Assembly (NCBI GenBank): GCA_964016885.1
Contig: OZ024740.1
Span: 411,804,001-411,868,000 of the forward strand
Origin: Eledone cirrhosa
Lineage: Eukaryota
Direction of reading: 5' to 3'
Length of the DNA stretch: 64,000 bases
The first letter of the stretch is position 1. Every line of letters starts with the position of its first letter. Below are positions 16,598 to 30,737 of the stretch, piece by piece. The notes beneath the pieces were generated by a model. It saw nothing but the letters and a program-made list of their open reading frames with translations. It was not told the origin of the DNA and did no database searches. The position numbers and the translations under genes are program-made.

Positions 16598-18492
16598 CTA
16601 AAGAGTTACGTTTGATGTTATAATAAATAATACTACTTTCATTATGAAACTAAGCTTTGAAACATTTTATCAGGTGATAGTGAATATGCGCCATGATTGG
16701 TACTATATAAATCTCACTCTAATATATTGTTTTTTTCTTATTAAACTTAATTTCATTTCCATTCAAATATCATATTTTAATCTGTACAACTAATTACCTT
16801 TTCTAACTTATCTACGGCTTCAAAATTGCAATAGATATTATGCTGCATTCTACCATTCCAGTGAAAATAAAACGTCGTTTCCCTCATATTTGACATTTTG
16901 TGGTTAAAACGATCTGACATAAATGTGTCTTGAATAACATTATACATATACGATAATACAGTGGAAAATATTTTTCCCAAAAGTGGACAGACGGTAGATG
17001 ATTTCTGGATTCAAAGTACATTGCTTCAAATTTGGGTTATTGCTATTGATGTTGTTTTGTTCCAAATGAACTGGGATAGAATTGCCTTTTACTATTCTAC
17101 CATAATGTTTGGACATTTAGATGTTATCACCATCAGTTCTATTCGCCTATCTATTTAATCCGCAGTAGATTATATGCCTATCAATAATGTACTGAGACGA
17201 TAATTTCTAGTATTGTTTGATTTACATTGTAACCAACACTGTGTTGCTTATCCTGAAATCCTTATTTTTTCTCTGATTGCTAAAGAGCTACCCACAGAAA
17301 AACGATATTATTCGAAATTCGATTATATAGAATGAGCAGATACTTTCAATAATAGCCGGAAATGGATATTTGCCATCTTGGCTGAATGTTCTTTTTCATA
17401 CCAAAGAAGTAATAACAGAGTAATAACCAGAATAAAAGAAATCGTATTCGCACAGATGTTGCATTAGATAAAAGAAGGTATTCATTTTTGATCTGGACTC
17501 AGCAATCGACCTACAAATATGTAGTTACAACTGAGACTATTTTAGCAAAGAAACCAGTTTTCCTGAGAACTATCATTTCAATCTTCACAAAAAATGTGTA
17601 AAGAACAAAATTCTACTTTTTATATAAATGACGTAGTTAAAGCTATCAAAATAATAAAGACCTGACTAGAAATGAAAAATACCATACCATTCAATTACTC
17701 TCAATGCACGTAATATATTTTTCCTCTTAATTAATGATACGTGACTAAACCGAATTTTCGTGTGTTAAAACGTTTAGCTCAAGAAACAAATATGCATGCA
17801 ACAGCAAAGAAGACATTTTCGAAAACAACTTTTAAATTATAGTTGCAAATAACTTCCTAGTCATGCCTTATATGTTGAAATTGAGAATTTAGAAAATGTC
17901 ACACATCATACTTTATTATTTTTTTTTTTATTTACAATATCATGCCCGATACGCCAAGCGCCAGTAAATGAAATAAATATTTGATTTATTGAATTTCATA
18001 TGATCTAGCATCATATAGTTCAGCCATACATTTAAGAGGTTCAACTCTGCAAAGAAAACAACCACACAGCGGTTATTGTGATCACCTCGCGGTAGAGCTA
18101 TATTTTCTACACATTCTAGATGATATAAACTTAAATTAAATTAGCTATCCTTAAATTAGCTATCCTATAACATACTTGGACTGAGATACAAGCTCGACTC
18201 TAGACCTCACATTTACTAAGTCCCAAACCACATAACTTATTCTTTCTAAGTCTCTTAATATTTGTCTATACAAAATATGTCTACGTTACGTCGCCTCAAA
18301 CCAGCAAGGCTGCAGGATAGAAAAATATATGTTCAATTAGACTGAAACAATTCACCCTATTTCTTACTCAGGTCAAGATTAATCAATTCAATATCTTCTT
18401 CTCTTAATCAGTCTGTCATTTTTCACCCCTCCCCCCTCCACACACACTTTATCTCTCTATTTCTGTCTGCTCTCTCTTTGATCATACATCAC

Positions 18493-18601
18493 CTCATTCG
18501 AAAAAACACTGCCTGATGTCACATTTCCCTGAATGTCTAGTACACTGAAATTGTCAGCTATCATTATATAATATTCTCTTCTACTGTCGATGAATACAAG
18601 C
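18493..18601 (-). CDS. Candidate exon (LVFIDSRREYYIMIADNFSVLDIQGNVTSGSVFSNE)
   Basis: ttgtttag acceptor, gtgatg donor, open frame; RLVFID resembles a divergent RLYWTD repeat. Confidence 0.25.
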
Positions 18602-19450
18602 CTAAACAATAGCATCATGAAATCATTCCAGCTTCTCTCCCTACTTAGTAGTCGCACTCACTGCTGTAATAAAGACAGTTCTATGAGAGAACTACTCATC
18701 TACTTCATATGTCCTCAAGAAATTTGTTAAAACCAATATTGTTACCCTGCATTTCGAGAAATCTTAAGACCCTGTCTGGCAAGCAAATTTTACAATAAAG
18801 AAGTATATACTCACTGTCCATATAGAGAAAATAATATCGGGCGATTTGGCTGTTGGACGTAGCCAACACGCAACGGAAATCATCAAGATTACCAGAAACC
18901 TTAAAGGTCACTATGACTAAGGATCCAATCTGGTGAATGCTCATTCTCGGTATGTTAAAAAAATCAAATATCACGAACGTAGCATTCCTGCACAGAGCCA
19001 GGGGTTGATTCAAATTCAAAGTGGAAATTATTAAATAAATCTCAGGTAACAAACACTTGACAGTTCCGGTTTTGCTGTTATGTGCATTCACATAATAATC
19101 TCCATCGACAGAAAAAAATGTTTCTAATTAAAGGTATAAAGACACCAACAGTCATATGTGTTTTTATCTCAATAGTGACTTGGAATGATTTCTGAAATGA
19201 ATCAGCATTCTATCCTGATTTATATGCACGTTATAACGTTATAAGCTAGTTTTACCTTCTTTACTGATATCCCAGGGTCTTTGATCGGTTTTACAATCTG
19301 GGGAGACGATTATAATCGGATCTCGTAACCTGAGGAAGCACTTTGTTCCGTATATGAACATGAATAAATATTATAATATATCAGCTCTCATACCAGATTT
19401 AGCGCAATTTTCCTTTCTCCTTTATCATATCCAATGATATTTCACTACAT

Positions 19451-19500
<50 letters not shown>

Positions 19501-19501
19501 G

Positions 19502-19548
<47 letters not shown>

Positions 19549-19596
19549 ACACATACACACATACAAACTCAAACATACGCACACACATGCACAGAT

Positions 19597-19639
<43 letters not shown>

Positions 19640-19746
19640 AGATAAAAAAAATAACGAAGAGAGCGGTACAAACAGTGGTAGTATTAGGTTCACGCTTGAG
19701 AGTGGGGTGTAGGGGACGAAGTTTCGGGCATAAGCCCTTCATCAGG
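19640..19746 (-). mobile_element. Solo pLTR of the PLE3 family with a minimal hammerhead core
   Basis: Minus strand CTGATGA-a-gggc-ttat-gccc-GAAAC-ttc-GTC (19745 to 19715); homologous to 59500-59597; (TA)n on both sides. Confidence 0.8.
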
Positions 19747-20822
19747 ATATATATATATATATCATTTCATGTTTTGAACTTTGCGTTGCTATCAATTCAC
19801 CAGCCTGAGAACACGATGCAATACAATGTCTTTCAACTCGGTTAATGTTGAGGGCAAGATGTGTTTACTTGAGCTCTACTAGAGTCAGCAGCAACACACA
19901 TAACCACGTTCTGCTACACAGAAGAAAAAAACAATGATGAGACCAATAGATGTGTGTACATTTATAACTAAATATCATTATAGACATGGTACCAGGACCT
20001 AAAATGAACATACCGAAGCTACTAAAATATACAAAGAAAAAAGCGACAAATATATATGTAGGTAGGAAAATTCAGTGGAAAGAGAAAGTTTGTATGGAAT
20101 AGGTTTGAATGATAATTGTTCGCCTACTAATATGAGACCAGGCGAAAAAAACATGAATAATAATTAGAAAAGAACTTGGTGGGAAGCATGATGACAGGTT
20201 TCAATGAACAAATATACAGAGGGAGACATCGAGGGAAAGAACAATGTAAGGGTCTCGTCGAAACTGTAGTAAGTGGAAAGAAAACGCCGAGAGAGTGAGT
20301 GAGAAATGGTGTGTGTGTGTATGTGTTGTGTATGTATGTGTATGTGTGTGTGTATGTGTGTGTATGTGTATGTATATGTGTATGTTTGTGTGTGTGCGTG
20401 CGTGCGTGTGTGTGTGTTTCTCAGATAGAGTAAACAAGTAGTTTAGGTATGAAAAGAAGCTGTGTCATAAAACGAAATTGAAGAGAATAAGAATGAAATA
20501 TATTTTGAGAAAAATGTAATATTCAGTGCTAATAATATAATATTTGCGCATGACTAACTCTATTATTATGACGTAATAATAACTTCTTATTATGACGTAA
20601 TAATATCATTACAGAGTGATAAGTGTTCTTTCAAATACATGTGGCTTCAGGCATTTTTATTGAACAATTTCTAAACGTAATTAGATAAAATATTCTGCAA
20701 TTGCTAAATCTGAAATTACGTAATAACTGATTAAATGAAGAATTAAAGTAAAGTGAAGTATTTTACTTTCATTTACACACATCAATACCACCCAACACGC
20801 ATGGGTTGATGTCTATGTATCG

Positions 20823-20864
<42 letters not shown>

Positions 20865-20869
<5 letters not shown>

Positions 20870-21075
20870 AATAAATGTGAAGACTAAAATCCAAAGAGGG
20901 CTCGATAAGGATAAGTATATATCAAATATATAAGAACCCTAGAGCAAATATTTATTAAAATAACAGATTAAAGTTTAAGCAAAGAATCGCTGCTTTCGCC
21001 CTTAATGGGATCACCTGCAGATCCCGTTAAGGGTGAAAGCAGCGATTCTTTGCTTAAACTTTAATCTGTTATTTT

Positions 21076-21079
<4 letters not shown>
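20865..21079 (-). mobile_element. Hairpin pLTR-like element, family D (second copy, opposite orientation)
   Basis: Arms 20953-21012 / 21020-21079; ctgcaga-tccc-gttaa-gggt-GAAA at the tip; tail 20865-20952; microsatellite flanks. Confidence 0.8.
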
Positions 21080-21151
<72 letters not shown>

Positions 21152-21957
21152 CATATATCTAAAGAGAAAGAGAGGGGGGAGCGAGCGAGAGAGAGTACTA
21201 GGCAACAATAAGTAAGAGAGGAGGGAATTGAAGAAATATTTATTAAATTATATTATTTAAACGTGTTTCATTACTCTTATACAGTCATCTACAATAGTTG
21301 GATCGGGATATTCTTTGCATATACAGTCACTCGCATTATGTCTGCGTTCAGCAATCATAAAAAAAAAATAAATATAATATATAAATACTTAATTTTGTGA
21401 CACATTCTCCGCCTCCAGCTTAGTCGCTTCGGCCACAAACCCCTGTACTATTTGATTATTGACGTTACTATTATTACAGTGGTGTGCAAGAAACATTCGG
21501 TTGTACAACTTGCAACGGGGCTCCGGAAAAATCTTTCTTACTGACGAATTTGCATTCATCATCCGGCCTTTGAGCTGCAGTTGAATGCACTTTAATGGAG
21601 AACCATATGCCAGAAGCCATGGTCTGCATAAATATTATTCAGTTAGCAGATATGGATAGTGTAGGGTATCGACAACTGCACACAGCATCGTCTAAGTTTG
21701 GACAAACAGAACGGTCAGGTTACTTAGAGTCTGAGTCATTTCGGACAATCCAGGTGGATTGGAACTGCGAGGAGATAACGATCAGGCTGGTCACTGTTGC
21801 CCGGAAATGTACCGAGAAGAAGCTGAAAGGTCTGAAGGAACAAGATCCACTGATATCCGGTCCACTTGCTGCTAACAGCCTTTTGTCGGAGGGTTGGACT
21901 TGCTGTGGCTGATGAAGGGCAATAATGTGCTGTGGCTAATGGATTTTCAGATGTTCC

Positions 21958-22061
21958 TCAACGGTTAACATTTGTGATCACTCTTTGTGGGACATTTCGG
22001 AACTCCTCTCTTTCACTGAGCTGCAGTCCTGGGTCAAGCGAAATGAGTGAACGAATCTTCT
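21958..22061 (-). CDS. Candidate terminal coding exon (..KIRSLISLDPGLQLSEREEFRNVPQRVITNVNR*)
   Basis: Strong acceptor tttgcttcttcttacag at 22062 opening a non-repetitive, higher-GC block to about 21480; frame uncertain. Confidence 0.3.
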
Positions 22062-22871
22062 CTGTAAGAAGAAGCAAATCCCGAAAACTATTACATTTGA
22101 AAAAAATAATTATGGAAAAATTACTTATGAATTTTTATAATTTAAAGCTCATTTAATGTCTCAGTAATCTTAATTTCCACGAACATAAACGAGATTACAT
22201 AAAAGACGATTGATTTTAATTAGTATTTGTTCCTTCAATTCACAATTATTCTTAGATTTGTAATGGTAATATATATTTATAAATGAATGAATTATAATTG
22301 TGCCAGTGCCGAACCGATGAGGAGATGGGAAATGTGAAAATTAAAACAATGAGGTGCATGACGATGTTAATGATGAAGATGATGATGGTGATGGTGATGG
22401 TGGTGGTGATGTGGTGATGATGATGATGACGATGGTAATGGTGGTTGTGGTGATTATGAATACAAGAGCTACACAACAAAGAAAATGAAGACAAGGAAGA
22501 TGATGGTGAAAATATACGATAATAAATAGTACGACAAAAATATAAGAACACAGTTCTACATATAATAGCATTTTCACTGTCATATCGATACGAACAACAC
22601 GTATACGCAAATGCAGAACATTCAGGAAACACAATGAATTTCATGAAAACGTGTCATGAATAATTTATTAAGATTTTGTAGATTTATTGAATGCATGCTT
22701 ACGCGTGTGTGGTATGAAGACATGCGACAGAGAATAGTGTGTGTGGATGAATGTTTGAATATATTTGTTGTAATTATTGTAGCAGTAAAAGTGCCGTGAA
22801 CATACCAAAAATGTCAACAGCAAAACCTGTATATGTGACATTTCGTATAAGAAGAAAAAATTAATAATTTG

Positions 22872-22925
<54 letters not shown>

Positions 22926-23072
22926 TGAACAGTGTAAGTTTCTACACATAACGAAGGTTATAGAGAAAATTGAGGTTGGTAATGGCACATGGAATATATA
23001 AGAGACAGAATACTTTTTTGTGAAAAAACATATAATTTTATAAGGTAAGGAAAGAATAAAGGGTATAAAAAA

Positions 23073-23114
23073 TGACCGGTTTCGATGGATCTGCAAAAGC
23101 CATCTTTTCAAATG
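23073..23114 (-). ncRNA. Minimal hammerhead ribozyme, U3-A8 variant (second copy 26271-26317 on +)
   Basis: TTGAAAA-gatgg-loop-ccatc-GAAAC-cg-GTC with palindromic accggt stem III. Confidence 0.65.
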
Positions 23115-23469
23115 TTGATTAATATTAAGAAAAATTAATAATAAGAAGAGTTAAAATTTGAGATTTGAAAATTCAAGTATAAAATTTAGTGTGGGATTTC
23201 ATAGCAGTTTTCATCTTGGTAGCAGCAAGTTGACTGCTGTGTGCCTTTCAGGTAGTGAATGAGGAGTTATTTGTGGGGAGTGTTTTTTTTTAAGGTCAGA
23301 TTTAGCAATGGCCAGATGGCCAGCTGCTGGTCAGTGAGGGGGTGGAAGCAATATACATACATATATCTCCATGTGGTCGGTAGGAGAGGGGGGAGTGTGA
23401 TAGAAAGGGATTTAGTGCACTTAACCTATATATACACATACCCTCATCCACACACACATACATATACAT

Positions 23470-23546
<77 letters not shown>

Positions 23547-23713
23547 TACATACACACACACATACATATACATACACACATACACACACATATACACATA
23601 CACACACATATATATACACACACACACATATATATACATACACATACATCCAGATACACACATACATACACACACACACACACATACATACACATATATA
23701 TATATATGTACAT

Positions 23714-23760
<47 letters not shown>

Positions 23761-23820
23761 TACATACACACACGTATATACATACACACATACAAACACA
23801 CACACATATATATATACACA

Positions 23821-24230
23821 TGGTGGCTGCCAACTCGTTTTCGAGTACGGCCACTACTTTATATCCATGTAGGAGAACCCTTACCAATGCGCTGAACGAG
23901 TGTGACTTTTTAGTCCAGCCAGCGACTTGAAAACTCTGGTACAAACACTACACTTGTGACAATTATTGACACATAGTGCTGGGCCCATGGTACCATGTGA
24001 CGACAAGTGCAGAGAGATCTCCAGATATAAAGCAATGCCTGTGCTGTGAAGCTTTTATAGTGAGCAAAGGCACTGCACAAAGCCAGTCCCACTCTCTTAA
24101 CCAAGATGATATTTACCAAAAAGAAGAACAATTCAACATCATTGGATACCATCAGGGTTGCAGGTGTTATATCAGAGTTTTCCTTCTCCTAGAATTCTGC
24201 CTTGACAAAGGCTAAGGGGTCATCTCTCCC
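23821..24230 (-). mobile_element. Non-coding repeat with RTE-like 5'UTR features, nested in the PLE2 UTR
   Basis: Near-identical to 54401-54810; contains cagagttttccttctcctag..gccttgacaaaggcta; inserted in a CA/TA microsatellite. Confidence 0.7.
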
Positions 24231-24750
24231 ATATATATATACACACACACATATATATACATACACATACATCCAGATACACACATACATACACACACAC
24301 ACACACATACATACACATACATACATTCACATGCACACACATACACACACACACACATACACATACATACACCCACACACATAGAGAAATGGCCTCCAAA
24401 TATATATATATACATACATACACATATATTGTTTCCATAATATAAGAAGTTAGAACAGTGAAATTAAAATACAAGTCATTCTGATCACATTGAGTTCTTC
24501 ATGTAGATTGGGCCCCGCAACCGACAGTGGTGAATTCTGTGTGCGCATATATATATAGATATATGTGTGTGCACGTGCAGGGTTTAACATGGATGTGTTG
24601 GTCACACAAAGGCATGGTCTGTCAACGAATAAACCTGATTCTACAGAATTGGTCTCTGGTCTTTAATAGTAATGATAATTATATACATGCACACATACAC
24701 ACACATATCTGTCACTCCGTGCGTATGTGTGTTTATATTTTATGACAATT

Positions 24751-25945
24751 CTATTGGGGTGATAACCCGTTTAGTTTTGGTTTAAATTTGTTAAGGAATA
24801 GAGTTTCTTTGTTTATTCTTTGTTGCTGTGTGAACGAATCTGAGCACTTGTAGAAGGGGAAGATTTTAAAGTTGGGTAGTGTCATTCCTGCGCAGTTCGC
24901 AATATGGCTGCTCAAAGCGCTTTTTCTTGCGTTAGCGTCCCGGATTTGTTGGCGGTGGATGGTCATTCTTTTGCGTAATGAGGTGCCCGTCTGTCCTATG
25001 TAGTTGTGTTTGCACCCACCGCAAATTATTGCGTAAATCAAGTTCTCCGAGTTGCAGGTGAAATTGTTTTTTACTGTAAATGTTTGGCCATCTTTAAATG
25101 TAAATTGTTGTCCTTCAGTGAGGTAGAGGCACCTTCCACAGTTTGTTCTACCACATTTGGTAACTGTAGGGTTGAGGATTGTTTTGGGTATATTTGGTTC
25201 AGTGAGAATGCGTTTTAGTGATTTGGGTTGTCTTTTACTTTTAAGGATCTTGTGTATTTCAAGAATAGACTTCATTTTTATATCTTTAAGTAGGATGGGG
25301 AGGTTTTTGTGTAGGTGATCAAACATTTCGGTATTTCTGGGGTTGAAAGTGGATACATATGGCAGGGTGTTGAGTGTGGTTTTCTGTTTTGGATTGTTAA
25401 GTTGATGGGGATTTAGGTGTTTTGCCCTGTCTATTCCATTGTAGATTATTTCAAGTGGAAAGGCTCTTAAGATAAGGGTGTCTTTTAGTTCCTTTAGTCT
25501 TTGCTCCCGTTTAGGTGGATCTGATACTATGGTACATATACGTTTGGCCAAATTGTAAGGAATGTTAAGTTTTGTATGTTTGGGGTGACTTGATGTGAAA
25601 AAGAGGTATTGCTTGGAATCTGTGGGTTTATAGAATATATCTGTATCTAATTTCCCGTCTATTACAGAGATGAGAATATCCAAGAAGGCTAATTCCTTGG
25701 GATTGGATTCCATTGTGAATTGTATGTTATTATCTATGTTGTTTATCATGTTTTTAAACATAGTAAGTGAGTTCATGTCTTCTTGCCATAGGATAAAGCA
25801 GGTGTCTAGATATCTTTTCCAATTGGCTTTGAGGTGTGTGTGTAAAGAGTCTCCAAATAAGAGAAGGGACTGGCTGTATATTTGTTGTTCATGGAATCCA
25901 TGACAATGTGGGTGCTACTTTCGTGCCCATTGCAGTAACTGATAC
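24751..25945 (-). pseudogene. PLE2 RT-GIY-YIG coding region
   Basis: TAMGTKVAPT, WKRYLDT (catalytic YxDD altered), FLDILI, KPTDSKQYL..SSHPKH, CGRTNCGRC and NLIYAIICGGCKHNYIGQT. Confidence 0.9.
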
Positions 25946-26414
25946 TTGGGTATGTGTATATATAGGTGTAAGTGCACTAAATCCCTTTCTATCACACTCT
26001 CCCCTCTCCTACCGACCACATGGAGATATATGTATGTATATTGCTTCCACCCCCTCACTGACCAGCAGCTGGCCATTGCTAAATCTGACCTTAAAAAAAA
26101 ACACTCCCCACAAATAATTCCTCATTCACTACCAGAAAGAGACACACAGCAGTCAACTTGCTGCTACCAAGATGAAAACTACTATGAAATCCCACACTGA
26201 ATTTTATACTTGAATTTTCAAATCTCAAATTTTAACTCTTCTTATTATTAATTTTTCTTAATATTAATCAACATTTGAAAAGATGGCTTTTGCAGACCCA
26301 TCGAAACCTGTCATTTTTTATACCCTTTATTCTTTCCTTACCTTATAAAATTATATGTTTTTTCACAAAAAAGTATTCTGTCTCTTATATATTCCATGTG
26401 CCATTACCAACCTC

Positions 26415-26568
<154 letters not shown>

Positions 26569-27589
26569 GAGCTGAAATATTATATATTTCATGTATATGT
26601 CTCAGAATATTGTAGGATAAATTATGAGAAAATACATTGTATGAAATATTTATTTATTTCCAACATGAGTAGCTTGTAGTTTGTATATCTAAGGGTATAT
26701 TTTCCAACATATCTTATCTAATAATAAGTCGATATTTTGTAACAGAAAATTTGTATATCTATAAATATGATTATGTTTAGTAATGATCTTTTGTTTCTGG
26801 ATTCATTTTGTGGGAGACCATCCTCCAAAATAAAGTTTCGGTAAACCTTCCAGTTGTATGATGAGGAGTAACACAAATTAAATGGCCAGAAATTATTTTC
26901 CTTTTTAGCAATGAAGACTGTCATTCAAATCACAGCTATACTTCCTTCAACTTACGTTTTTAACTTATCAATTTTTATTATTTGCATCTCGTGTGATTGA
27001 TGTATTAACAATACAACAATACTAGGATAAAATCTATATACTGACCAGAAATATTGCACAGACATTCTCATTTATATATACCATTTGTTCTATTTTATTT
27101 CTGGTTGAAATATTTGATGCATAGATTTTATATTTTTATACAGAATGTCTTAAGCGTTTATCGTTTGCTTCAATAAGTTTACGTTCTCATTGTATTTTAC
27201 CGGGAATCTTTCATTTGCAATTACTTATTAAATCAATTTTCCTCTTTATTAAATGGATTCATAGATATAACTGCAAAACTCTAACAAAAATTGTGTTTCG
27301 TATATTATCAAAAATAAACAAAATATAAACAATTCAATCATTAACAATTGCAATAATTCAAATAGACGTTCAGGAATGCCACATTACAACATTAAAGAAA
27401 AAGCAGCGCTTTATACATATTTTAAACTGTGTATATACATTCGCCTGTTTAAACATGTATGACTCAGTCAACATAGATGATGACCCAAAGCAATATTTAT
27501 AATGGCAAACTGTAAGATATAAGAACAAGGTTAGTAGGTGAGAGTTAGCGTATATGAGTAGTTGCTTGCGTACATAATTTCACATATAT

Positions 27590-27682
<93 letters not shown>

Positions 27683-27764
27683 CACACACACGCACGCACA
27701 CATATTTATACACACACACAAATATATATATATATGTGTGTGTGTGTGCGTAAAAGGCAAACAG

Positions 27765-28230
27765 AAATAACACAATCGGTACAGTATATGGAAGGGGTAT
27801 ATTAGATTAACGCTTGGTATAGCAGGAAGAGGGTCTTAACGTTTCGGGCATTAGTCCTTCATCAACAGGAAGAAGGAGAAATAAAATAGATGGAGGAGAC
27901 GGGTGGGTTTGAATTGGAAAAAATGTCTTTAAATAAAGAAATTGAGAAATTGAGAAAGCTCAAGGCCAAATGCTGTCAAAGAGATGGATGAGCAAAAGTG
28001 ACTTAGAAGACAATGACCAGCGGCCAGTGGTAAGTAGAGAGAGACAACCGATGAGGTGGGTGACAGGCAAATGAAATATAGAAACGATTCAGAGAGGAGG
28101 AAGATAAGTGTGTTGGTGCATATAAATGATTGGAAGAAGAAAGCGGTGTACAAGATAATTTCATAGACACACATATCTTCACCATCATCAGTTCGCTGAG
28201 CAGCAAAATGGTGTCTCGTCATTTAATTAA
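27765..28230 (-). mobile_element. Degraded PLE 3' end with pLTR family E and a degenerate hammerhead
   Basis: Minus strand tTGATGA-aggactaatgccc-GAAAC-gttaagac (27865 to 27833); downstream sequence matches 54264-54380; upstream RHHF..DMCVYEI resembles a GIY-YIG C-terminus. Confidence 0.55.
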
Positions 28231-28661
28231 GAGTACCATTGTAAAGCGATCGACAAGGCAACAAAGAATATACATCTATATGTTGCTCAAATGTGTGTGA
28301 TATAAAACAAACAGAACAGAGAGATATACAGGCAGAGCAGAGAGCGAAGTAAATTGTGTACTATAGACAACAGGCCGCCGATAGAAAGCATAAGAAATGA
28401 AAATCACTGGCGGCGGAAAAGTCACTTCCGTTTGCTGCCGCTCCGCACGTAATTTTCTTTTATTCTCCTGTCTATCAGCGACATGGGGTCAATAGGAAGT
28501 TCTTTGATTCGCTCTCGCATATGTCTGTCTATTTATCTATTCTGTTTAGTTCGTTATGCAGTGCTTTCTAGCGGTGGTTTGGTTTCGAGAGAACGCACTT
28601 TATGTCGCTCTCTACTCTGACCGCATCCATTTTTCTAACTTACACACACATGTATGTATAT

Positions 28662-29038
28662 ATAATATATTAGATATGTGATTGTTTTGATCGCGTATAC
28701 AATTTGAATGCTGTAATATTGTTGAATATGTTTCTTGATAATTGCAACTATGTAATATAGATATGAGCACACGCCCAGATGTACACACATACACACACAC
28801 CCACATACACACACATACATACATACACACACACGTACATACATACATACACACACACACATATGTGTATGTGTGTGCGTGGATGTGTGTACATCTGGGC
28901 GTGTGCTCATATCTATATTACATAGTTGCAATTATCAAGAAACATTCAACAATATTACAGTATGTGTTATCTAGCCACGTTCATTTACAGCATTCAAATT
29001 GTATACGCGATCAAAACAATCACATATCTAATATATTA
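28662..29038. repeat. Foldback element with about 130-bp arms around a CA/TG microsatellite centre
   Basis: Near-identical arms apart from a 30-bp indel bounded by ttacag direct repeats. Confidence 0.9.
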
Positions 29039-29666
29039 CGATAAATATACATGCGGTGGAGATTATTGTATGGAATAAATTAAGTTAACCTGGCCGTGAT
29101 ATATCTTTTCATGCATTTAGTTGACATTTATTAAAGAATACACGACTTTTTCCCATTTATCTTTAAAGAAAGCAAGCTTAAAACAATCATCTATATTGTA
29201 TAAACCTTATCTAAAAAATCCCATATTGTCGTTGCTATCACCACTCAAATTCCGGTTATAACTATATTATTTGTGTTTAAAGCAAATTGAGAATATCAGA
29301 TATTTTTGGAAGTAAATTTGTTTCGGAATTTAGTGAAGCACATTTCAAATAATTCTATGTATAAATCTCATTTCATTGTAGATTGCAATTCATTATGTTC
29401 CACGTAATTGATTTAGTTGCATGTTTATTCTGATTTCAGAACTCACCACTAATGTATGAGAACAGATTTGCAAAATACTAATGAGGCGCGTGGGCGTGTT
29501 TGATGATACTGTTAAAAATCTAGCATGTTAAAGGCCGCTGCAAGAACATCTTACTTATGTATTATTTACGTAGTATAATGAAATGAAATAATCCAGGATG
29601 TAAAATTGAAAAGATTATGTTAGTGTGCATGTGTGTGTGTGTGTGGATGTGTGTGTGATGTGTGTG

Positions 29667-29721
<55 letters not shown>

Positions 29722-30164
29722 CAGTTTGTACAGATAGACACTCATGCACACGTATGTATGCTAAGAGGCTCACACGCGTATTCAATTAAATTAGTAGTAT
29801 ATAAAAGCATTTTGACATCGTGCAAACAATGTTTGTGGGAACAAGTAAAATGCCATTTGGAGATAAAGATTAAGAATAAAGCAAATTAAAACAAAATACT
29901 GCAGTTACTATTTAGCGTAAAATATATCAGCTAGGCGCCATTCTGAATTTTCTTTTGAACAGATGTTCTGATTCCATAATATAAGGTGAAAGAATAAACA
30001 ACTTTCTTTACCCTTTGCTCCACTCAGTTATTTTCATTATGCTTTGTACTAACATTCCTTACCTAGTATAATTAATACGCAAGCGCAGGCATTGATAAGG
30101 ATTTAATGTTTCCACTCGGAAGTCCATTGTCACGTCGTGCGCGCGTGTGTGTATAAGGCGTATC

Positions 30165-30330
30165 TCTGTGTGTATTTGTGAGAGTATGTTTATGTGTGTG
30201 TGTGGTGTATTTATGTGTGTATTTATGAGAGTATGTTTGTGTGTGTGCGGTGTATTTGTGTGTGTATTTATGAGAGTATGTTTGTGTGTGGTGTTTTTAT
30301 GTGTGTATTTATGAGAGTATGTTTGTCTGA
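30165..30330. repeat. About 40-bp TG-rich minisatellite, about 4 copies
   Basis: Recurrent gtgtgtatttatgagagtatgttt. Confidence 0.75.
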
Positions 30331-30737
30331 GTATGTCAGTTTACGCCTGTTCTGTGTGTCTCATCTTGTTTCATGTCATAAAATGTCCCATCGTACCTAA
30401 TAAGTGATTAATACTCCAGAACTATGTTTAATGGCCTACGTCGGTTTCTTGTCTGCCTTGATAAAATAGCCTTTGTATTTTGCCTATAAATATTATATGT
30501 ATTGGTAATTTATAAAACATCTATGAATATAATAAAGAGGTAATTCTATGTACTGACGTTCTCTAGCCCGAATAGCTTGCACTTATGTTTGAGAATTTCT
30601 GAAAAAATGAATCTGTAGGTATCGTGTAATAGCATTTTCGGCGTCGCGAAACCATTCTCGATATTTTCTGTACCAGATTTTTGTGTTAGTTAATGAGGGT
30701 TTATTTAGTTTCGGATGTGCATGATATATATACATAT

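Noticed and set aside
21909-21935. ctgatgaagggc as a hammerhead
   Set aside because: No closing stem II followed by GAAA. The same applies to isolated ctgatga near 16549, 35744, 44768, 45221 and 51031.
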